Source of the DNA: Auanema rhodensis
Taxonomy: Eukaryota; Animalia; Nematoda
Length of the DNA: 64,000 nucleotides
Direction: 5' to 3'
NCBI GenBank assembly: GCA_964057225.1
Contig: OZ059900.1
Coordinates: forward strand, 20,832,001-20,896,000
Below, piece by piece: positions 55,759-64,000 of this stretch; positions within the stretch are counted from its first letter, which is position 1, and every line of letters starts with the position of its first letter. Position numbers and translations under genes: made by a program. The notes under the pieces were generated by a model. That model saw nothing but the letters and a program-made list of their open reading frames with translations, searched no databases and was not told the DNA's origin.

Positions 55759-58700
55759 AAATTCGTTGCATTTGACGACTCATATGAACAAAAATCGATT
55801 TAATCAATATTAGCCATAAGGGGCGTGCCCTCAGAATATGCTAATTTCCTTAATTTTCTAACCCCTGTTTTTTTGTCGTGAAAGTGGAATTAGACGTTGT
55901 AGGAACAATTTTGAGCTAGGTTTCATTGACATTGCATGAGTTTGAACACATGAAATCGTAAGTCAAAACCTTGTTTACAGCGAAATTTCCAAAAACTGGT
56001 TTTCCAGCATAATAAAATATTTCTCATGGGAAATACTGTGTTTTTGTATTTTTCTAGTGTTCAGCATGTAAAATGCTTCATTTTAGTATGTAACACGCTG
56101 AAATTCGTTGCATTTGACGACTCATATGAACAAAAATCGATTTAATCAATATTAGCCATAAGGGGCGTGCCCTCAGAATATGCTAATTTCCTTAATTTTC
56201 TAACCCCTGTTTTTTGTCGTGAAAGTGGAACTAGACGTTGTAGGAACAATTTTGAGCTAGGTTTCATTGACATTGCATGAGTTTGAACACATGAAATCGT
56301 AAGTCAAAACCTTGTTTACAGCGAAATTTCCAAAAACTGGTTTTCCAGCATAATAAAATATTTCTCATGGGAAATACTGTGTTTTTGTATTTTTCTAGTG
56401 TTCAGCATGTAAAATACTTCATTTTAGTATGTAACACGCTGAAATTCGTTGCATTTGACGACTCATATGAACAAAAATCGATTTAATCAATATTAGCCAT
56501 AAGGGGCGTGCCCTCAGAATATGCTAATTTCCTTAATTTTCTAACCCCTGTTTTTTTGTCGTGAAAGTGGAATTAGACGTTGTACGAACAATTTTGAGCT
56601 AGGTTTCATTGACATTGCATGAGTTTGAACACATGAAATCGTAAGTCAAAACCTTGTTTACAGCGAACTTTCCAAAAACTGGTTTTCCAGCATAATAAAA
56701 TATTTCTCATGGGAAATACTGTGTTTTTGTATTTTTATAGTGTTCAGCATGTAAAATGCTTCATTTTAGTATGTAACACCCTGAAATTCGTTTCATTTGA
56801 CGACTCATATGAACAAAAATCGATTTAATCAATATTAGCCATAAGGGGCGTGCCCTCAGAATATGCTAATTTCCTTAATTTTCTAACCCCTGTTTTTTTG
56901 TCGTGAAAGTGGAACTAGACGTTGTAGGAACAATTTTGAGCAAGGTTTCATTGACATTGCATGAGTTTGAACACATGAAATCGTAAGTCAAAACCTTGTT
57001 TACAGCGAAATTTCCAAAAACTGGTTTTCCAGCATAATAAAATATTTCTCATGGGAAATACTGTGTTTTTGTATTTTTCTAGTGTTCAGCATGTAAAATA
57101 CTTCATTTTAGTATGTAACACGCTGAAATTCGTTGCTTTTGACGACTCATATGAACAAAAATCGATTTAATCAATATTAGCCATAAGGGGCGTGCCCTCA
57201 GAATATGCTAATTTCCTAAATTTTCTAATCCCTGTTTTTTTGTCGTGAAAGTGGAACTAGACGTTGTACGAACAATTTTGAGCTAGGTTTCATTGACATT
57301 GCATGAGTTTGAACACATGAAATCGTAAGTCAAAACCTTGTTTACAGCGAAATTTCCAAAAACTGGTTTTCCAGCATAATAAAATATTTCTCATGGGAAA
57401 AACTGTGTTTTTGTATTTTTCTAGTGTTCAGCTTGTAAAATGCTTCATTTTAGTATGTAACACGCTGAAATTTGTAGCATTTGACGACTCATATGAACAA
57501 AAATCGATTTAATCAATATTAGCCATAAGGGGCGTGCCCTCAGAATATGCTAATTTCCTTAATTTTCTAACCCCTGTTTTTTTGTCGTGAAAGTGGAACT
57601 AGACGTTGTACGAACAATTTTGAGCTAGGTTTCATTGACATTGCATGAGTTTGAACACATGAAATCGTAAGTCAAAACCTTGTTTACAGCGAAATTTCCA
57701 AAAACTGGTTTTCCAGCATAATAAAATATTTCTCATGGGAAATACTGTGTTTTTGTATTTTTCTAGTGTTCAGCATGTAAAATGCTTCATTTTAGTATGT
57801 AACACGCTGAAATTCGTTGCATTTGACGACTCATATGAACAAAAATCGATTTAATCAATATTAGCCATAAGAGGCGTGCCCTCAGAATATGCTAATTTCC
57901 TTAATTTTCTAACCCCTGTTTTTTTGTCGTGAAAGTGGAACTAGACGTTGTAGGAACAATTTTGAGCTAGGTTTCATTGACATTGCATGAGTTTGAACAC
58001 ATGAAATCGTAAGTCAAAAACTTGTTTACAGCGAAATTTCCAAAAACTGGTTTTCCAGCATAATAAAATATTTCTCATGGGAAATACTGTGTTTTTGTAT
58101 TTTTCTAGTGTTCAGCATGTGAAATGCTTCATTTTAGTATGTAACACGCTGAAATTCGTTGCATTTGACGACTCATATGAACAAAAATCGATTTAATCAA
58201 TATTAGCCATAAGGGGCGTGCCCTCAGAATATGCTAATTTCCTTAATTTTCTAACCCCTGTTTTTTTGTCGTGAAAGTGGAACTAGACGTTGTAGGAACA
58301 ATTTTGAGCTAGGTTTCATTGACATTGCATGAGTTTGAACACATGAAATCGTAAGTCAAAACCTTGTTTACAGCGAAATTTCCAAAAACTGGTTTTCCAG
58401 CATAATAAAATATTTCTCATGGGAAATACTGTGTTTTTGTATTTTTCTAGTGTTCAGCATGTAAAATGCTTCATTTTAGTATGTAACACGCTGAAATTCG
58501 TTGCATTTGACGACTCATATGAACAAAAATCGATTTAATCAATATTAGCCATAAGGGGCGTGCCCTCAGAATATGCTAATTTCCTTAATTTTCTAACCCC
58601 TGTTTTTTTTGTCGTGAAAGTGGAACTAGACGTTGTAGGAACAATTTTGAGCTAGGTTTCATTGACATTGCATGAGTTTGAACACATGAAATCGTAAGTC

Positions 58701-61700
58701 AAAACCTTGTTTACAGCGAAATTTCCAAAAACTGGTTTTCCAGCATAATAAAATATTTCTCATGGGAAATACTGTGTTTTTGTATTTTTCTAGTGTTCAG
58801 CATGTAAAATGCTTCATTTTAGTATGTAACACGCTAAAATTCGTTGCATTTGACGACTCATATGAACAAAAATCGATTTAATCAATATTAGCCATAAGGG
58901 GCGTGCCCTCAGAATATGCTAATTTCCTTAATTTTCTAACCCCTGTTTTTTTGTCGTGAAAGTGGAATTAGACGTTGTAGGAACAATTTTGAGCTAGGTT
59001 TCATTGACATTGCATGAGTTTGAGCACATGAAATCGTAAGTCAAAACCTTGTTTACAGCGAAATTTCCAAAAACTGGTTTTCCAGCATAATAAAATATTT
59101 CTCATGGGAAATACTGTGTTTTTGTATTTTTCTAGTGTTCAGCATGTAAAATACTTCATTTTAGTATGTAACACGCTGAAATTCGTTGCATTTGACGACT
59201 CATATGAACAAAAATCGATTTAATCAATATTAGCCATAAGGGGCGTGCCCTCAGAATATGCTAATTTCCTTAATTTTCTAACCCCTGTTTTTTTGTCGTG
59301 AAAGTGGAATTAGACGTTGTAGGAACAATTTTGAGCTAGGTTTCATTGACATTGCATGAGTTTGAACACATGAAATCGTAAGTCAAAACCTTGTTTACAG
59401 CGAAATTTCCAAAAACTGGTTTTCCAGCATAATAAAATATTTCTCATGGGAAATACTGTGTTTTTGTATTTTTCTAGTGTTCAGCATGTAAAATGCTTCA
59501 TTTTAGTATGTAACACGCTGAAATTCGTTGCATTTGACGACTCATATGAACAAAAATCGATTTAATCAATATTAGCCATAAGGGGCGTGCCCTCAGAATA
59601 TGCTAATTTCCTTAATTTTCTAACCCCTGTTTTTTGTCGTGAAAGTGGAACTAGACGTTGTAGGAACAATTTTGAGCTAGGTTTCATTGACATTGCATGA
59701 GTTTGAACACATGAAATCGTAAGTCAAAACCTTGTTTACAGCGAAATTTCCAAAAACTGGTTTTCCAGCATAATAAAATATTTCTCATGGGAAATACTGT
59801 GTTTTTGTATTTTTCTAGTGTTCAGCATGTAAAATACTTCATTTTAGTATGTAACACGCTGAAATTCGTTGCATTTGACGACTCATATGAACAAAAATCG
59901 ATTTAATCAATATTAGCCATAAGGGGCGTGCCCTCAGAATATGCTAATTTCCTTAATTTTCTAACCCCTGTTTTTTTGTCGTGAAAGTGGAATTAGACGT
60001 TGTACGAACAATTTTGAGCTAGGTTTCATTGACATTGCATGAGTTTGAACACATGAAATCGTAAGTCAAAACCTTGTTTACAGCGAACTTTCCAAAAACT
60101 GGTTTTCCAGCATAATAAAATATTTCTCATGGGAAATACTGTGTTTTTGTATTTTTATAGTGTTCAGCATGTAAAATGCTTCATTTTAGTATGTAACACC
60201 CTGAAATTCGTTTCATTTGACGACTCATATGAACAAAAATCGATTTAATCAATATTAGCCATAAGGGGCGTGCCCTCAGAATATGCTAATTTCCTTAATT
60301 TTCTAACCCCTGTTTTTTTGTCGTGAAAGTGGAACTAGACGTTGTAGGAACAATTTTGAGCAAGGTTTCATTGACATTGCATGAGTTTGAACACATGAAA
60401 TCGTAAGTCAAAACCTTGTTTACAGCGAAATTTCCAAAAACTGGTTTTCCAGCATAATAAAATATTTCTCATGGGAAATACTGTGTTTTTGTATTTTTCT
60501 AGTGTTCAGCATGTAAAATACTTCATTTTAGTATGTAACACGCTGAAATTCGTTGCTTTTGACGACTCATATGAACAAAAATCGATTTAATCAATATTAG
60601 CCATAAGGGGCGTGCCCTCAGAATATGCTAATTTCCTAAATTTTCTAACCCCTGTTTTTTTGTCGTGAAAGTGGAACTAGACGTTGTACGAACAATTTTG
60701 AGCTAGGTTTCATTGACATTGCATGAGTTTGAACACATGAAATCGTAAGTCAAAACCTTGTTTACAGCGAAATTTCCAAAAACTGGTTTTCCAGCATAAT
60801 AAAATATTTCTCATGGGAAAAACTGTGTTTTTGTATTTTTCTAGTGTTCAGCTTGTAAAATGCTTCATTTTAGTATGTAACACGCTGAAATTTGTTGCAT
60901 TTGACGACTCATATGAACAAAAATCGATTTAATCAATATTAGCCATAAGGGGCGTGCCCTCAGAATATGCTAATTTCCTTAATTTTCTAACCCCTGTTTT
61001 TTTGTCGTGAAAGTAGAACTAGACGTTGTACGAACAATTTTGAGCTAGGTTTCATTGACATTGCATGAGTTTGAACACATGAAATCGTAAGTCAAAACCT
61101 TGTTTACAGCGAAATTTCCAAAAACTGGTTTTCCAGCATAATAAAATATTTCTCATGGGAAATACTGTGTTTTTGTATTTTTCTAGTGTTCAGCATGTAA
61201 AATGCTTCATTTTAGTATGTAACACGCTGAAATTCGTTGCATTTGACGACTCATATGAACAAAAATCGATTTAATCAATATTAGCCATAAGAGGCGTGCC
61301 CTCAGAATATGCTAATTTCCTTAATTTTCTAACCCCTGTTTTTTTGTCGTGAAAGTGGAACTAGACGTTGTAGGAACAATTTTGAGCTAGGTTTCATTGA
61401 CATTGCATGAGTTTGAACACATGAAATCGTAAGTCAAAAACTTGTTTACAGCGAAATTTCCAAAAACTGGTTTTCCAGCATAATAAAATATTTCTCATGG
61501 GAAATACTGTGTTTTTGTATTTTTCTAGTGTTCAGCATGTGAAATGCTTCATTTTAGTATGTAACACGCTGAAATTCGTTGCATTTGACGACTCATATGA
61601 ACAAAAATCGATTTAATCAATATTAGCCATAAGGGGCGTGCCCTCAGAATATGCTAATTTCCTTAATTTTCTAACCCCTGTTTTTTTGTCGTGAAAGTGG

Positions 61701-62209
61701 AACTAGACGTTGTAGGAACAATTTTGAGCTAGGTTTCATTGACATTGCATGAGTTTGAACACATGAAATCGTAAGTCAAAACCTTGTTTACAGCGAAATT
61801 TCCAAAAACTGGTTTTCCAGCATAATAAAATATTTCTCATGGGAAATACTGTGTTTTTGTATTTTTCTAGTGTTCAGCATGTAAAATGCTTCATTTTAGT
61901 ATGTAACACGCTGAAATTCGTTGCATTTGACGACTCATATGAACAAAAATCGATTTAATCAATATTAGCCATAAGGGGCGTGCCCTCAGAATATGCTAAT
62001 TTCCTTAATTTTCTAACCCCTGTTTTTTTTGTCGTGAAAGTGGAACTAGACGTTGTAGGAACAATTTTGAGCTAGGTTTCATTGACATTGCATGAGTTTG
62101 AACACATGAAATCGTAAGTCAAAACCTTGTTTACAGCGAAATTTCCAAAAACTGGTTTTCCAGCATAATAAAATATTTCTCATGGGAAATACTGTGTTTT
62201 TGTATTTTT
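55759..62209. repeat. Duplication with a 10-monomer period (3420 bp)
   Basis: CGTTGCTTTT 57131/60551, CCATAAGAGG 57872/61292, GTCAAAAACTT 58020/61440, T8 tract about 58603/62023. Three differences seen (57229, 57476, 61015). Confidence 0.93.
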
Positions 62210-64000
62210 ATAGTGTTCAGCATGTAAAATGCTTCATTTTAGTATGTAACACGCTGAAATTAATTGCATTTGACGACTCATATGAACAAAAATCGATTTA
62301 ATCAATATTAGCCATAAGGGGCGTGCCCTCAGATTATGCTAATTTCCTTAATTTTCTAACCCCTGTTTTGTTGTCGTGAAAGTGGAACTAGACGTTGTAG
62401 GAACAATTTTGAGCTAGGTTTCATTGACATTGCATGAGTTTGAACACATGAAATCGTAAGTCAAAACCTTGTTTACAGCGAAATTTCCAAAAACTGGTTT
62501 TCCAGCATAATAAAATATTTCTCATGGGAAATACTGTGTTTTTGTATTTTTATAGTGTTCAGCATGTAAAATGTTTCATTTTAGTATGTAACACGCTGAA
62601 ATTCGTTGCATTTGACGACTCATATGAACAAAAATCGATTTAATCAATATAAGCCATAAAGGGCGTGCCCTCAGAATCTGCTAATTTCCTTAATTTTCTA
62701 ACCCCTGTTTTTTTGTCGTGAAAGTGGAACTAGACGTTGTAGGAACAATTTTGAGCTAGATTTCATTGACATTGCATGAGTTTGAACACATGAAATCGTA
62801 AGTCAAAACCTTGTTTACAGCGAAATTTCCAAAAACTCGTTTTCCAGCATAATAAAATACTTCTCATGGGAAATACTGTGTTTTTGTATTTTTTTAGTGT
62901 TCAGCATGTAAAATGCTTCATTTTAGTATGTGACACGCTGAAATTAATTGCATTTGACGACTCATATGAACAAAAATCGATTTAATCAATATTAGCCATA
63001 AGGGGCGTGCCCTCAGATTATGCTAATTTCCTCAATTTTCTAACCCCTGTTTTTTTGTCGTGAAAGTGGAACTAGACGTTGTACGAACAATTTTGAGCTA
63101 GGTTTCATTGACATTGCATGAGTTTGAACACATGAAATCCTAAGTCAAAACCTTGTTTACAGCGAAATTTCCAAAAACTGGTTTTCCAGCATAATAAAAT
63201 ATTTCTCATGGGAAATACTGTGTTTTTGTATTTTTCTAGTGTTCAGCATGTGAAATGCTTCATTTTAGTATGTAACACGCTGAAATTCGTTGCATTTGAC
63301 GACTCATATGAACAAAAATCGATTTAATCAATATTAGCCATAAGGGGCGTGCCCTCAGAATATGCTAATTTCCTTAATTTTCTAACCCCTGTTTTTTTGT
63401 CGTGAAAGTGGAACTAGACGTTGTAGGAACAATTTTGAGCTAGGTTTCATTGACATTGCATGAGTTTGAACACATGAAATCGTAAGTCAAAACCTTGTTT
63501 ACAGCGAAATTTCCAAAAACTGGTTTTCCAGCATAATAAAATATTTCTCATGGGAAATACTGTGTTTTTGTATTTTTCTAGTGTTCAGCATGTAAAATGC
63601 TTCATTTTAGTATGTAACACGCTGAAATTCGTTGCATTTGACGACTCATATGAACAAAAATCGATTTAATCAATATTAGCCATAAGGGGCGTGCCCTCAG
63701 AATATGCTAATTTCCTTAATTTTCTAACCCCTGTTTTTTTTGTCGTGAAAGTGGAACTAGACGTTGTAGGAACAATTTTGAGCTAGGTTTCATTGACATT
63801 GCATGAGTTTGAACACATGAAATCGTAAGTCAAAACCTTGTTTACAGCGAAATTTCCAAAAACTGGTTTTCCAGCATAATAAAATATTTCTCATGGGAAA
63901 TACTGTGTTTTTGTATTTTTATAGTGTTCAGCATGTAAAATGCTTCATTTTAGTATGTAACACGCTGAAATTAATTGCATTTGACGACTCATATGAACAA
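61441..64000. repeat. Duplication with a 5-monomer period (1711 bp), cut off by the window end
   Basis: GTGAAATGC at 61541/63252; T8 tract at about 62023/63734; AAATTAATTG at about 62262/63973. Confidence 0.8.

Larger units (their letters stand above)
1..64000. repeat. Satellite DNA array, 342-bp AT-rich monomer, ~187 head-to-tail copies, running off both window ends; probably centromeric or pericentromeric heterochromatin
   Basis: TTTGAGCTAGGTTTCATTGACATTGC recurs every 340-343 bp (e.g. 21869 to 22211, 61381 to 61723), apart from two 281-bp copies. No inversion or foreign insertion seen. GC is 116/342 (34%) by hand count. The centromeric assignment is inferred from monomer size, homogeneity and array length only. 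Confidence 0.99.

Noticed and set aside
58601-58612. T6/T7/T8 homopolymer variation as sequencing error
   Set aside because: Lengths are mostly inherited faithfully between duplicated blocks (T8 at about 58603, 62023 and 63734), so most are real but unremarkable slippage variants.
1-64000. CRISPR array or repeat-spacer system
   Set aside because: There are no unique spacers; the entire 342 bp is repeated, and no cas-like ORFs are present.
1-64000. Primate alpha-satellite dimer (2x171 bp)
   Set aside because: Only the length coincides; I recognise no alpha-satellite consensus motifs in the sequence.
1-64000. Tandem 5S rRNA, tRNA or snRNA gene cluster
   Set aside because: No recognisable 5S, tRNA cloverleaf or snRNA sequence; the T7 run alone is not evidence of a Pol III unit. 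Not checked computationally.

Overview
The whole 64 kb window is one uninterrupted head-to-tail tandem array (satellite DNA) of about 187 copies of a 342-bp monomer, all in the same orientation. The monomer is about 66% AT by hand count, and most copies differ from the consensus at only a few positions. I found no genes, RNA genes, transposon insertions, CRISPR spacers or unique sequence; all six reading frames are interrupted by stop codons in the consensus monomer. It is most consistent with a eukaryotic centromeric or pericentromeric satellite, but I cannot identify the species or family from the sequence. The structure worth noting is internal: (i) a patchwork of local, nested higher-order duplications with periods of 2, 3, 4, 5, 9, 10, 12/13 and 14 monomers rather than one fixed higher-order repeat; (ii) rare variants shared between the two window ends 60 kb apart, and haplotype runs recurring about 28 kb apart; (iii) two copies of a 281-bp deletion monomer; (iv) a divergent ~90-bp tract present in 10 monomers; (v) dense dyad symmetry in the monomer, including an 18-bp quasi-palindrome whose two mismatches are each repaired by a separate recurring variant; (vi) weak traces of an ancestral ~171-bp dimer. 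Monomer positions are numbered from TTTGAGCTAG (clean reference copy 21869-22210). All counts and boundaries were read by eye and are approximate.
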